From: Cycas panzhihuaensis
Lineage: Eukaryota; Plantae; Cycadophyta
Direction of reading: 5' to 3'
Length of the DNA: 64,000 nt
Assembly: GCA_023213395.1 (NCBI GenBank)
Contig: CM041465.1
Span: forward strand, 171,127,741-171,191,740
This document shows, piece by piece, positions 48,301 to 63,081 of this stretch (position 1 is its first letter; each line of letters begins with the position of its first letter). Made by a program: the position numbers and the translations under genes. The notes beneath the pieces were generated by a model that had not been told where the DNA came from, did no database searches, and saw only the letters and a program-made list of their open reading frames with translations.

Positions 48301-51300
48301 TAATAGAATTGCACTGTAGCTATCATAAGTACTCCAATTAGAAGAATCCTTAGGTACCAATAGAGATCCGTAACTTATTTTCAAGTACATAGCATAAGAA
48401 GAATTTGACCATTGATGTGTGATGGATTGGAGCACAAACTTAACATAATGAATTTAGTGGAGGCAATTGAGAATATGCCAAACTTCCTATAACAATGTCA
48501 ACATTTCTCTTTCAGAGCATATCACCATTAGTATTAGTAATTGATCCCATAATAGACTTATGAATATAAGAAGATTGAGATGAAGAAAACATTAAATTTA
48601 GTGATTCGAGGTACAAGATTCCTAGTAATGCATTAGGTAGGTTCAGTTTGAGCAAAGCTTGTGACCCTTCAAAATAAGATAACACTGCCTACACTAGAGA
48701 CTAACCACATCATATAAGACCAAAAGTAAAGCAATGATGAGTTTTCGCAGTATGCTAAACAAATTAAAAAAAAAAAATCTAGGTTTTAAAAAAGTTCCAT
48801 TTTGAATATTCCATAGAGAGAAGCATATTTCTTATTTAAATTTTTTCAGAACAAAACATGTTTACACATCTTACAATAATAATTATTCCTAGAGCTAAAA
48901 TAGACCAAGAATCATCTAGATGAGGGAAAGAGACAATGTTAAAGTAGTATTTATAAATGTAATATTCAAGAAGGATAAAAGAATCATTTTTTACTATTTA
49001 TGAAGGAGAAAATACTAGCAAATTTTAAGCAAAACGTCATTGGCTAGAAATGCTAGAGCTTTAATCAAGGAGTTGTAAGCTTATAATGATTTATTATATC
49101 AAAATGAGGATGGTGCATGTCAAAAAGATGGAAACCAACTCAAAATGTGGGAAGAATTAAATAACATATGGGATCCCCTTATCGAATTCAATAATAACAT
49201 CAACATGATATAAGAGAAGGATAGCCCAAAGTAAACAAATATAAACACATTAAGATTCTCAAGTGATGATAGTCACAAATATTCTATCATCATGTGAAAT
49301 TACCCATCTATTCTATAGATGGAGATATATACATAAACAAATAGCTAATAAAACTATTTAACTTAAGAACACTTAGCTTTAAGAAAGCATCAAACCAAGT
49401 GGATTTGGTTGTCTCTTAATTATAAGGTTTAATCTACATATGGGTGATTAGTAGAAGGATCATCCTAAAATATTATTCTTCAACCAATTTAATAAAGATT
49501 TCTTTAAATACACCAAGGAAAACTAGGGTGATCCATATAAAATATAGTTAACTCATTACTTCTAGGGGAACATGATCATGCTTGAATATATAAAGATGTT
49601 TAAAGCATTGTAGATGGAGGCTAGAATTAAATCTAGTAATGGTCTACCACTTTACTTGAGTAATATGAGGGTAGAAGCATGAGAAGACATATCTTTTTGA
49701 GATGGGGGCACTTCAAAAGGCCATATACATGACACAATAAACTAAAAAAAACTAACTAGTCATCCAAACCAACTAGATGGCACTCTAAAAGAAGTGATAA
49801 ATATACATATAATTGAATAAGATAATGTCCAAGACCTTAGGGAGCCTAAATTTACTACCTTCAAATTTTAGCTCACTTAAGAGGGAAGATATGGAGAAAT
49901 CTAAGAAAATAGTATAAGGACTTTATTTTGATTATGGATAGAAATGGGAAAGGTGACACTCATTAGTCTATCCCAAAAAAAACAAGTTCATACTATAAAA
50001 TTAGAGGATGATCAAGGTGAAGAATTATAGGATGTAGAAGAAAATCTTCTAAAAAATCAACAATACAAAAAAATTTTGAATACCCAAACCTTAGAGGATG
50101 GGCATCTTGAAATCTCTATGATTACCATGTTTAGAATCTAATGATCTAATACCATTAAGGTTTATGGATCTTTGAAGATAAATAGTATTAGTCTCAATAG
50201 GCTTGGGAAACACTCACTACCTTATTAATATTAACATAACCAAAAGTTCAAGCCTCTATATGGATAAGAAGAAGTCTTTCAACAGTTTAATATTAGGAGG
50301 TAACTAGGTTACATGCGACATGGAAGTGAACCATCAACAACTCTAACTAGGTAAGGTGATGATTATTATGGACTTCTATACTTTCAATATTTGAGGTTTT
50401 GAAGTTGTACTTAGGGTTAAGTGGCTAAAAACCCTAGGCATGTATGGTCGTAATCATCATGAGAACTTTAATTACTTTTATATAAGCAAGCAATTATATC
50501 AAGTTTTGGGGATCAAAACACTAAAGATGTCTATTGTATTAATTGAAAAGATGATAAAGTATATACTTTTCTTTACCTATTGGTTTATTGAATAAATGTT
50601 CCTATACTTAGATAATGATAATTTCAACCATGGTTGATGGCTTTATAATTGTCCATACAAGCTCAATGAGTTAAGGAAAGGCTTCTTAGTACCCCTACAA
50701 GACATGTAATGTCCTTCTCTTCCTCCTATTTATGATACTAATCTATTTTGTTCTCTTCTTTAGATGTTTCTTCATTTAAAACTCTTATTTTTAAATAAAT
50801 TTTTTATTCTTACTATCATGGTTATTATCATCTCATTTTGATTTTTGTTTTTATTTTTGCAAAAATTCCATTTCTAGTGTACAACAAAGTTTACCATGAT
50901 ACTACTTTAAAACTTCATGGCATCGCTAAGAACTTCACGATACTAATTCTTTTATTTCTATTTTTTTTTTCCCACTATTGGTCATGCATTTATGGTACCT
51001 AATAAGGTATCAATTCACTTTTCCCTTCAAAACCATGGGCTATGTATGGGTTTGCCTTTAAAACCATATGCTAATTAATAACTTTAGCATTAATTCTCTC
51101 CAAAAGCATGCGTAATCAACCCATGGGACCTAACTCATCTATCTTTCTATTTATACCCTCCATTTTTCATTAGAAAAGGAAGATTAATTTCTAAGCTGAT
51201 ATCTTATTATTATGCTACTAAAATTTATGCAAAAAGCCGATAACTTTCAAATCTAATTGGTTCAATTCCACTATTAGATTAAGGCTTTAATATTAGACAT

Positions 51301-54300
51301 TATTAGAGTACTCTTTGGATGGAGTAGAATGTCACTCGCATCTTCCCTTTACTTAGAATAAGGGTAACACCCACCACATTGCCAAGATTTTCTTCCTTCT
51401 TCTAATACTTTATTTACTTACTTTTATGGCATTAAATTACGCTCTTTTATGCTTGTTATTTGCTATAATTTTAGTTATTTTGTCTTTGCATACTTAACTT
51501 TCTTTGTAGTTGGAATCTTATAGAGGGAAAAATGGGCTCAATATTGCTTATTAGGATAAAATAAGGGTGGCAAAATAGGCATTTTTGACGCCCCTCTTTG
51601 CACCATTTACTTTTTTTATTTTAAGTCAACATTTTAGCTTTAGTTTGCAAGATTTTTCATCTATTTACTATAGACTTTGTTAGATACTAATCAATGTAGG
51701 TGGAGGATCTGTCTTAAAGATTTGAGCGCAACTTAGAGTGTGCTTAGAGTAACTAAAGAAATCCCTTCCTTCTCTTTCATTCATTCAACTCAAACAAATA
51801 AAGTGCTTATTACACAGTTGTTATGCTATCAAAATTATCTCACATAGCTATAAAGGTTAGTATCTTAAAGTAGCTTTTAAATTGACTTCTAACATATTTT
51901 ATTTTAAACATAAACTTGTTTTTAGTATAGGTCAATCTAATAAGCAGAAATATTATTAAAATTTTCCTATAAATCATTTACAAACACATTTACCTAATCT
52001 TATTTTGCATGTATTGGTAATTCTAAAAATTGTGAATAAAATTTACTAAAACAATGGGGCAAAATTAGATATTTCGAATATTATTCTTAGTATTCCTTAA
52101 ACCTTTCCTTTTATAAATTCAGTTTTGAAAACAAAAAACACTTAAAAATATTACTTTATTTCATAGTTTTATTTTAAAAAAGAATTAGGAAAAGAGTTTA
52201 CACTTATTGTATACTCATTGTTACCTATTCTTCCCTTACCTCACATGTAGATTTTCATTAAAAAAGAAAAAAAAGGTTTATTGAAATAATAAAAAAATAA
52301 GGTTTAAAAAGAATATTTCTCTTTTGCATATTACATTTGCACTTGCATTTTGGTATGTATCTTTCCAAAGACCTAATGAGGAAGAGGTTTGCACCTATTG
52401 TGAGTCTTTGAATATGTGGGGCTACACTTATATTTGTTAGGTTAGATTATTTATTACTTGTATGCAACTAAAATTCTATAACTAGTAGTATTTAAATTAT
52501 TTATCGTATTCTCCTCTTAGTCTCTTATAGGTTTTAGGGTCTTCTTTTTGTTGAAAAGAGGGGATAGTCATCTTTCTACCTAGGTTTAATTATCATATGA
52601 CAAGGATTATTTTATGCTTTTAGGCATTAAGTCTCTAATCTATGTTCTAAATAGGCTGTTGAAGGGTTCCTATCTCCACCATGTGTTCATGCATAGGATG
52701 TTCATAATTGAGTGAGTTTCATTTATACTATTGATAATAATGACCTCTTATATTTCAGCCTCTTTGATCTTAAGGTACATTAGAATTACCAAATTACATT
52801 ACACTTGTGTGAGTGCTATCATTAGTAGAAGAGTCTTTATTGACTTATTCATCGATGAATCTATCATATAGTCTTGATTCCTTTAGATACCTTATTTTGG
52901 ATAGTCTTTTTATTGGTTCTTTTATATTGATTCTATTAAGTTAGGTTCATGTTGGAGCCAGGATTAAGATGGGTCAATTTATTTGGGTGGTTATAGTTAC
53001 ATAAAATAGGCACATAGTTACATAAGTGCTTTTTGGAAACTCATACTTGATCGATCCCTTTATAATGTAAGGGTTGTTGTTGTGTTGTTTGGCCCTTCTA
53101 AGGGTATTGGGTATCTTATTTAGTTGATATTATCTTAGTCTTTGCAGTTGAATTTTAGTTCATCTCCTTGTCTAATGCACAAGTTAACTCATCTGCATAC
53201 TTATATTATACATTTTAATTGTTAATTGGTTTTACTTATTATTTTAATCTCTCTTTACTTTTCTCTTTTTCTAACACATAGCACATACCTATATATTACC
53301 CTTAGATCAATATAGTAAACACATTAGACATCATGCTTGCACTTGTGTATAAGAGATGCATGAGTGCCCTATAGGGAGCATATGCTCATACCCCTCCCAA
53401 ATTGGATCCTTGTTCACCCTTTGGGTCCATTCTAGGGATTTGTTTATATGTCCTCTCCTCTTGTCTACCTGTGTTCATTAGCAACCATATTGGAGACTCA
53501 CCAATATAATGTTATCTTTGTATTATATTAATAATTCTTCTTCTTTTCCTTATTCAAATCCTTTAAGATAGGGTGAGACTCCATTTAGTTTATAACTCAT
53601 CTTTATGAGGATCCCTCATAATTATCCAATAGATTTAGAGTCTAGATGTATACCATAAGTTTAGACCTTCTTCATTTTTTTCTTTTAATTCTTGTATATG
53701 ACGATATTCTCATCATCTTAAAGGCCTTCCTCCATTTGTCTCTAATCTTTCACATCCATCTAGTCCCTTACCTGTTGAGCACTCCTCAATGGAAGGATAG
53801 ATCCTACTTGAGTGGTATACAAATCCCTTTTAGGCCCAACACCTAAACTAGTTACAAGAGTTTTACCTAACACAAGATCTATATCAAGCCCAAGATATAT
53901 ACCAAGCCTACATGTAGGATTGGCCTTAATTAGTTGATACTTATTAATCATAAGTGCTTTATCAAGAAGGAGTAGATCTTATGTACTAGCCATATGAAGT
54001 AAATTAGGACCCCACTAAGTCTCTGATGTACATCATTAGATGCACCACCTAACTCCATGACCTTTTTTAAACCCCAAAGTTAAAACTCAAGCCTTTACCT
54101 TTGATTAGACCCAAGATGGTGAGTAGGTTTCCAACCCACTTCAGATATAATCCACTCTGTTCGATACTGAAACCATCGTTAAAGTATAATACAAAGTAGT
54201 TGTAACAATAAATATTACTTTAATTTAGGCTTGCCATTTATTTGGGATTGCGCCTACATTTGTCTTATCCATTTCCCAACCTCAATAGTAAGTAGCCTCA

Positions 54301-56211
54301 TAATAGTAGACTACTTCCCAACTAGTCGCACCATCTACCCCTCCACTTATCCACCCATCCACCCCCAAATCGATAATAGCCCTATTTATGGGTCCTATTT
54401 TAATAATAATTCCCTAATCTATCCCATATGTTTCCCCACTTATCCCACCAATGAGTGGGCTTCATACATCTATTCAGTAACTAATAGTTATATGGACTAC
54501 TCCTATACCCCTATTTTTTCCTCATCCTAATTCAATAGGATTATTAAGGATGCCTCACTCCCTCCATGTCCCATTCATCCTATCCAACCCATCCCCTAAT
54601 GTGGGTAACCCTCCTTTGTCTTGCCTAGTTATGTTGCCTTATATTGGGGATAAGGTGGGCCCCATCCTCAACCTACATTTGGAGTTAATCCACTTTACCC
54701 ATACAGGCCCATATGCTTTGAACTCAATTCCACATCCTCCATCTTATCTTTTACCATTTTACCAAACCACATCTATTTATTCTCAAGTATATAAATTATC
54801 CTACCAAGTTGTAGGTCCCTAATCCACCCATGTTTATTAAGGTCTTAATATATAGCCTTATTAGACTTGACCTAAGAATGCACCTATCTTATCTCATATA
54901 ACTATACCTTAAGGAGTAACTACATAGGTTGGTGTTCCTTATCAAGCCCCCACCTTTATTACCTCAATATATAGGGGACCTATTCTATATATACCCAACC
55001 CCTGTGCCCAAGTAATAACTACTTATCAAGCTAAAACCATCTCTTAAACTATTCCATCATGCCAAGCCTACCAACAAGTATATGCACCTTATGTGGGAAG
55101 CCAAACATACCTAGTTTATCCATCACAACAAACCTTTTTACTAGTTAACCATCTAGCTTAACTTGGTATACATCCCTTTAATTATTATAAGACCAACCAA
55201 CTATCCCTTAAGGCCCCTAGAACTAATTTGTTGCCCCACCCCTTATAAGTACCCAACTTTGAAGGCAATTCATCCTAAGACCTTAGAGATCATGTTGAGT
55301 TTTTTACCATGGCATGTATTGATTAATGGTTATATGACTATATCCTAATAAGTCTCTTTCCTAGGTCCCTCTAGGGTGATAGCCTTAATTAGTTTTATTA
55401 TTTTTCCTTCCACTCTATCCATTACTTTTAGTAATTGGTAGATACCTTCGTAAATTATTTTGATGTGTCATACCCTTTTAAGAATGGATCTAAAGCCTTA
55501 CTCTCTCTTAAACAAGGCCATGATGAGCTCAATAGAGACTTCGTGCACTATTTTTATAATTTACTCCACTTAATTAAGGCTACTCAACCTGAAGACTTGA
55601 AATGAAATATCTTTGTTAATGCTCATTATCCTAAGTTCATGCAGAAGATTTTAAGATGGGAACAACTACATGTGACTCTATAATTATTAAGTGTCTTTAT
55701 TTGGAATCCATCAAGATCCAACTAGGCTTAAAGAAGGTCAATAAAGCCTTCCTATAATGAGAGGCACAACATTTGCTATACCACCAAAGGTCCCAACCAT
55801 TAGCTTTAAGGCCCATTATCAATAATGCTAACATGACCATAGGCTTGTTAACCTTTATAGTTTGTTCTTTTAAGAAAGTATTGAGAGATTTAAAGTTGTA
55901 GCCATCCTAAAGCCAACCCAAGCTACTTGCTCCCTTACATGGTTATATGCCAATTCTATAAGCGACCTAAGCTATTTCCTAAATTAGGGGTAGTACTACT
56001 ACCCTTCCTTAGGATAAAAGGCATTTATAAAAATAATTTATAACTAGCCTTGATTAAAACCAAGTTGACAATCTTATTATAAAAGTACATAGAAATGTTG
56101 ATTGTGTTGGTTGCCAAGACTTATGCCATTTCATATTAGGGTATCGCTTTGACATGAACTCAACTATAATCTCTTAGAGCTACAAGAAACAACCAAATGT
56201 TACTCTCTCCT

Positions 56212-59200
56212 TAAGGTGACACAAGCTAGTCACACTCATAAACAGAAGGCAAGATTGGTTAAGATTTAATATATCCAAATGATAATTGATTAATAATTGA
56301 TAAATGATGAATGATGTTTGATATTACATAGACCCAATATATTTATAGTCCATCTATGAAAGGTTGTGTTCATTTATAAATAGATATGACCCTTCACTTA
56401 ATTTAATTACAATTATTTATACCTAAACATACCATTTAGGCTCACTACAAGCTCTGCACTCTTGAAAGGCTTCATCCTCGAAGCCTACTTAAATAGAATA
56501 GTCTTTGTACGAGCAACATAATGTCATATAGATTTATGAGATTCACATGTCGATTTAAATCACAATAGAAGTAAACATATGATTCAAAAGATGCTTTGTC
56601 CTAGATTCTCGTTAATCTTTTATTAAACCATGGTATTATAGACCAATATCTTTTAGTTTGATAAGACTTTTGGCTTTGTGATAATGGCATGGTATATTTA
56701 TTTATTAAGTGGATTGTTGTTAAGACATCCCAAGGAATCTTCCACTCAAGATTATGATTAGGTATCTTGATTTTTTGAGATTTTTATCAATTTTCTATTG
56801 TACTTTAAATTTTGATTATGGAGATATCCAATTTGATTTCTTCAACTTTTATGAGAATAAAAGGAAGACTGATGATGGTTCTTAAACAAATGATAGTATT
56901 TGGGAAACATTAAAGTGACCATATTGTAAGATCTTTTTTCTATATATTTATATTACTATTTGGTGTCAATTTTTCAGATTTGTCATCATTAGTTATTAAT
57001 CCTGATTTGTTGATATTGGGGGGAGTAACATATTTGTTGTCATCAATGTTAGGAGTTAATTTGTCACTGGATGGTTTATTTTCTAATGGAATAATTTGGC
57101 GATATATTTTATCATTAGATTCCTATTTATTGATATCTTTAGTGGAAATGATATGATGAGTAGGGATATGTCATTTTTAAATTCTCCAGTTATCATCTTT
57201 ATCTACATGCAAAAATGGTTTTTTTAGAACCTTCCAATTATTGTTCATATCAAGTTCTTGGTTGTTTATCACCTTTATTAATATGTTTGGATCTGCATCC
57301 TTTTGGAAGTTTGTTAATTCTTGATTCTTTCTTAGTTGTGTTTTTTCCTTTTGAATTATTACCAACAATATTATGTCATTAAGGCTTATTAGTTTCATAG
57401 ATGAATCTAGTTCTGATTGATGTTTGAATGTCATTTGATGATGGGGTTTTTTACTTCACTAGATTTTCTTTAGGGCTTAATTCAGTAGTAAATTCTATTT
57501 GTACTTTAGGAACAACAGTGTCCTTCTCTTTAAATTAATTTTTAAATGCTATTGAGAATAGTTCCAAAGGTATAGTTTTATGGTTTTCATTTTTCTGTTC
57601 TTGTGACTAATTTTGCCACTAGTTGAATGTCATTTTATACATGTGTAGTGCAGTATATAATATTTTTTTCTTCATCGTTTATGATGTTTTGATGTAAGAA
57701 AAAGTCTTCTAGCTCTTGCAACCATTTGAGGGCATATTCCTTTAGTCCATAGAATTAAGAGATGCTAAAATTTTTCTTAATCTTTTAATTTGTCGAGTAA
57801 AGTAATCAAAATTTGATGTATTTGACTTTTGACATGTCTTGTCTATGTGTTAGATTTAAATAGTCTAATTCTTTTAAATATTATGATAGAGAATATTCCA
57901 TGGTAACATTTTAAAAGTAATATCATCTTTATTTTTATGTTATATTATATACATATTAGATGATATGCGGTAACGTAAGTTATGATTTAGGTATAAATAA
58001 TAATTGATATGAAAGTAGGTTAAGCCTCTTAATCAGTATAGTATATTATGATTGGATTAGCCTACACACAATTCTAACTCTAAACTTAATAAACAAATAA
58101 TATATTTATGTCGTTGGTCCTTTGATTGTGATTATATATGTATCACTATAATACCTTATGCAAATGTAGGTAAGGTAATTATGGCCCTTCTTAAAAGCAC
58201 TTAGAATATTTGATAGTCAAAAAGATTAATTGATTATATAAGTGATGTGATTTGATAAGTCATTATAAGTACTTATAAATAATTTATGTTAAATAATAAT
58301 ATGAAGAATTCTAAGATAAATATGAAGAACAATGTGCAGTATATTTAACTATTAAAATATATTATGAATATGTGATATATAAGTGTTAATAATGATATGG
58401 AAAGTGATTATATCATATATTTTATTATTTATGAATGATGGCATAAATGCTAAAAGATAAATATAAATAATTATAAATGAATATAAATAAGCAATGCATA
58501 ATATATTTAGTCTGTTGTGATATATTATGAATGTATTATATATATGAGAAAAAAATATTTTTTAATAAGTCACGTATAAAAAGTATAAAGAAAGGGGCGG
58601 TAAATAGAATAAAGAAAAGTGATTTTCAGAAATGATATACCAGATTATTAAGGTGAATGTGTATAAAATAATATGTATAATATAATATGTTGATTGAATA
58701 TAAGTAATGATACTTGTATTATTAAGGCTATCATAATATTATTCCATATATTATTTATACGCACTATAAATGGGCTAGATGGACATAACAAGACTGAACG
58801 CTAATGATTTATTTACTGAACAATGGATAGTATGAAGAACTGAATAACCCAAGAGGACAGCCTAACAGATGGCCGTTGAAATGATGGCAAATAACATACT
58901 ATGATGACGAGTGACAAATTTTGGCTATGTATCACAAGTAGATATGTAGCTAAGTGGTGGATAATAAGAATTTTATATAGGTTATTATTTATAATGCTCA
59001 CTGATATATTAATATAAATGTGTAAATAAGCATTAAAGTTATTAGTATTGTATAATATTTTATACAATATTATACGAATAGAGTAATATAGTTGATAATT
59101 ATAAGTGCCCTCCTATACTTTTATATGGTTACATGCTATGACTATATATGGCATACAACATTATTGGTTTATGCCTCTAACAACAATAACACCATAAGCT

Positions 59201-59330
59201 CTTATAGAAGACTTGATCATAATTTTTTTATTTTATTTGTAGTACCAAGCTCTTGTATTAGTTAAATTCAATTGTAGGTGTTTGGCACTAAGGTGTGATG
59301 TTAATAAGATGTTATCACATTGTTGAAGTA

Positions 59331-59401
<71 letters not shown>

Positions 59402-59452
59402 GTATATATATATTTATATATATCTATATATATATCTATATATGTATATATA

Positions 59453-59527
<75 letters not shown>

Positions 59528-59560
59528 GTATATATATATGTATATATATATATATATATG

Positions 59561-59609
<49 letters not shown>

Positions 59610-59879
59610 GTTTATAGCACTATCAGAATTTGGGCTTTGATACCACTTGAGGTGACCTAACCTATTCACGCTCATAAATACGAGGCAAGGTTGTTCAAGA
59701 TTGAATATACCCAAAGGATAATTAATTAATAATTAATAAATGATGAATGATGTTTGATATTACATTAACCCAATATATTTATAATCTATCTATGGAAGGT
59801 TATGTCCATTTACAAATAGACATGACCCTTCACTTAATCTAATTATAATTGTTTATTCTTAAATACATCGTTTAGGCTC
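56212..59879 (-). mobile_element. Gag-only LTR element, copy B
   Basis: LTRs 56212-56449 and 59648-59879; PBS 59634-59645; colinear with 12626-17145. Confidence 0.88.
59334..59606. repeat. (TA)n compound array, ~270 bp (paralog of 15764-16872)
   Basis: Same flanks CTAA... and ...ATAGTTTATAGCAC. Confidence 0.99.
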
Positions 59880-61418
59880 CATGGAAGTTGAATACAAAGT
59901 AATTATTCATGTCAACATGACAATAATTTAGCTATGCAAGATTCTTGTAGAGCTTGGACTTCATCAAACTCAAGCCACCACTATCTTTTGTAACAATTAA
60001 AGTGTTTTGAAGATGACTAAGAATCGTGTCTTCCATATGAGAACCAAACACATCGAAGTCCATCATTACTTCATCTATAAGCATATGCAAAATGGAGAAG
60101 TTGACTTAGTATACTAACTGACTAAGGACCAAGTGATAGATATCATAGATATCTTCACCAAAGCACTTGGGAGACCAAAATTTAAAAGGTTTTGGCATGA
60201 CCTCGACGTCAAAACAAATATAGTTGTCATTGAGGGAGCTGTTAAAACATTTAACAACACCTCATTTATAATCATATTTTTATGCATCTTATATCATTGA
60301 TATGCCATGATGTAATTCAAATGTAATGTAATATTATCTTAGATCTATCCCTTTACTAAAAAGTAGGCCAATAATATTTGCCTGTTATATCAACCACTGA
60401 GATTTATTTGTAAGGCATATCTTCATCTCTAAATTAGACCTAAACACCCTCATTTATACATTAAATTGTTATGTATACAGAAGCTCTATCAGAATATAGA
60501 TCGACAATGTAATTAGTTTACCCATCACAGTTCTTTGTTATCAATTTGCTTTGTTCTATTGTCTATTATATATTATTTGTGTTGTTCCTTCTTTTATATC
60601 TTTTATATTTGTACACACATATGTTATCTTGATCTTGTTTATGAATTTTACATAGAGGTCCTCAATAGAACTTTAGAGATATATCTATGTTGTTTTTCCT
60701 CAAAACACCAAAATTAATAAAGTTGTTGGTTAGCTCTAGTAGAATATTGATATAATTCCTTACACCACTCTATAATTAGCATGCCCTCCTTCATGGCCCT
60801 ATATAGTTATCCCCTACCTTCCCATTAAACATTGACCACTAACTTGCATACAACCTTAATATAATAGAAATTGTAAAGTATGGGTAAAATCCTAAACACC
60901 TTCAAACAAAACTTAGCAATACTCAGAGTCACATGAAGCAACGTGATGACTGCCACCGCTCTGATTGAATCATTTCTATTGGTGATATGGTCTTTATTCA
61001 CCTCCAACTATATAAATAACAATCACTCTACCACAATAGAAACCATAAACTTAATCCTTAATACTATGGTTCTTATAAGGTTAGACTACACATTGATAAA
61101 GTTACTTATGCCCTTAAACTCCCTTTTGATACTAAGATCTATAATGTCTTCAACGTGTCATGCCTAAAAAAGCTCCTTGGAAAGTGTATTATATTATAGA
61201 CCACTCTCCTAAACCTTGTTGAAGAGTAACTCCTAACTATTCCCCCAGACTATATTTTGGAAACTAAGCACCTCCATCTCTAAAATAGGATTGTTTCAAA
61301 CATTCGGTGTAATTGACTGGCAACATATCTAAAGAAGTGACATGGAATTTGGATGAATTCATTAAGAAGCATCCATATTTATTACATTATGGGGACTCAG
61401 GTCTTAGGGTAGGGGACA

Positions 61419-63080
61419 TGTTATATAACGACTAGTTATTGGTAGAACTCTTATCAATGTACCCCTTGTTAGTAAGAAGCAGATGTTAATTTTGGCCATT
61501 AAAATATGTGTCTGGGCTGTTGAAGGCCACTAATAAAAATAAAGGCCAAATACCTTTCCAATGTGATTCATTGACTAAACAACCATTTTACCTATTTAAG
61601 GCCATATGGATATAAAAGAAGATTAGTTTAGAATATAAAATTGCTACTGTCCATTTGGTGTATTATTTTGGTATTCGTTTTAGTGTTCATTTGTGTTCTT
61701 TCTATGTTTTATTCTTCTATTTTATGTTTAGATGCAAAGAAATACTAGGAGGAACCATATTAAGCGGTATTAGAGCTTGGTTATGTGATGAAGGGGAGCT
61801 ATGCAATAAGCAAAAATCAAGATTTTTTTTTTCCAGCCAAAGTAAGTACTCTCTTTGTATAAGTAGAGATTAAGGAAAGACCTTCTCTCAGTACTCTTTC
61901 CACACAAAGATTGAGGAATGGAACCAATGGCATTCAAAAGTCATGAAGAAAAGGAATTTTTTTCCCTTGGTAATGCTTGATGCATATCCTTTGAATTTAA
62001 TTTAGTCTTATTTAGTTTATTTTAATTACAGTACTTATGTCATCAACTCAATGGTAGATAAAGTCACTTGGTGGCTATCCTTTCCCCTTCTACTCCTCAT
62101 TCTCATATAGATAACTCTGTATGGAGACCACCCAAGTAGTTAAGTAGAGACCTTATACCAGGGATTTATAAAGATCATAGTAATCTATCATTTTGGCTAA
62201 GTGCATTGTGATTTTTCTGCCCTTTACATGAAAGATTAGAAATAACACTCCTGAATAAAGCATTAAATATATTGTGGCTGTAGAATTATACCTCCACATA
62301 CCTTTGGGTATATAGAAGGACCCCTATAGATCCTAAATCCTTCCTAGTGTAGGCAACCTATAAGTTACTAAAGTCATATAGTGTAGTGGTTAGTAATTAG
62401 CACCATGAAGCTACCTGCCCTAAACTTTTACATAAGAAGTCTATTAGTAAACTTACAAGACCAAGCATACCTTGTCTAATGGTTAGTGGAATATCTTATT
62501 TCTGGTCACATCTTGATTCAAATGCTCTACCTCCTACTTAAGAAATAAAAATATAGGATAACAGACCTTAAAAAAAAAACCAAAGTCATCTCATAGTCCA
62601 TAGTGAATTCTAAATTTTAAAATACTTTTTGGATTTAGAAACAACCAATGCAATTATACTTAAGGTAAAAAAAAGGTCAATGGCCCAAAATTACCCTTGG
62701 TGACCTATACATCTTATTTTGATTAGCACGTAATGCTGACCATTTTTCATTAGGGTAGTTTTAACTTAAAATTTTTTGATACAATAGTATATAGGCATCT
62801 TGTGAACATTTGGCATAATTGACTGGCAGTAGACCTAAGGAAACAACATGGGAGCTAGATGAATTTGTTAAGTAGCATCCATATCTCTTACACTGTGGGG
62901 ACTAAATATCTTAGGAGAGGGGACCTATTACATAACCACTAGTGGTTGACAGAACTCTTGTGAATGTACTCCTTATTAGTAAAAAATAGGTATTAATGTT
63001 GACCATTAGAATGTGTGCGCAGGTCACTTAGGGCCACCAATAGAAATAAATGTTAAATGCCTCTCCAATGAGATTCATAC
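61419..63080 (+). mobile_element. Chromovirus LTR (61419-~61762), PBS, short deleted internal region, second chromodomain-PPT and truncated LTR (62926-63080)
   Basis: CGGTATTAGAGC at 61765-61776. 62805-63078 is a diverged repeat of 61300-61571 (chromodomain ..KETTWELDEFVK*HPYLLHCGD, PPT AGGAGAGGGGA, LTR start). Confidence 0.78.
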
Positions 63081-63081
63081 A

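Larger units (their letters stand above)
38815..61422 (+). repeat. Segmental duplication, copy B (interrupted by the LINE)
   Basis: Same nested elements as copy A: Copia PBS 46040-46051, Gypsy PBS 48277-48288, Gag-only element 56212-59879, Copia LTR 60240-60652, chromovirus integrase 60653-61418. Confidence 0.97.
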
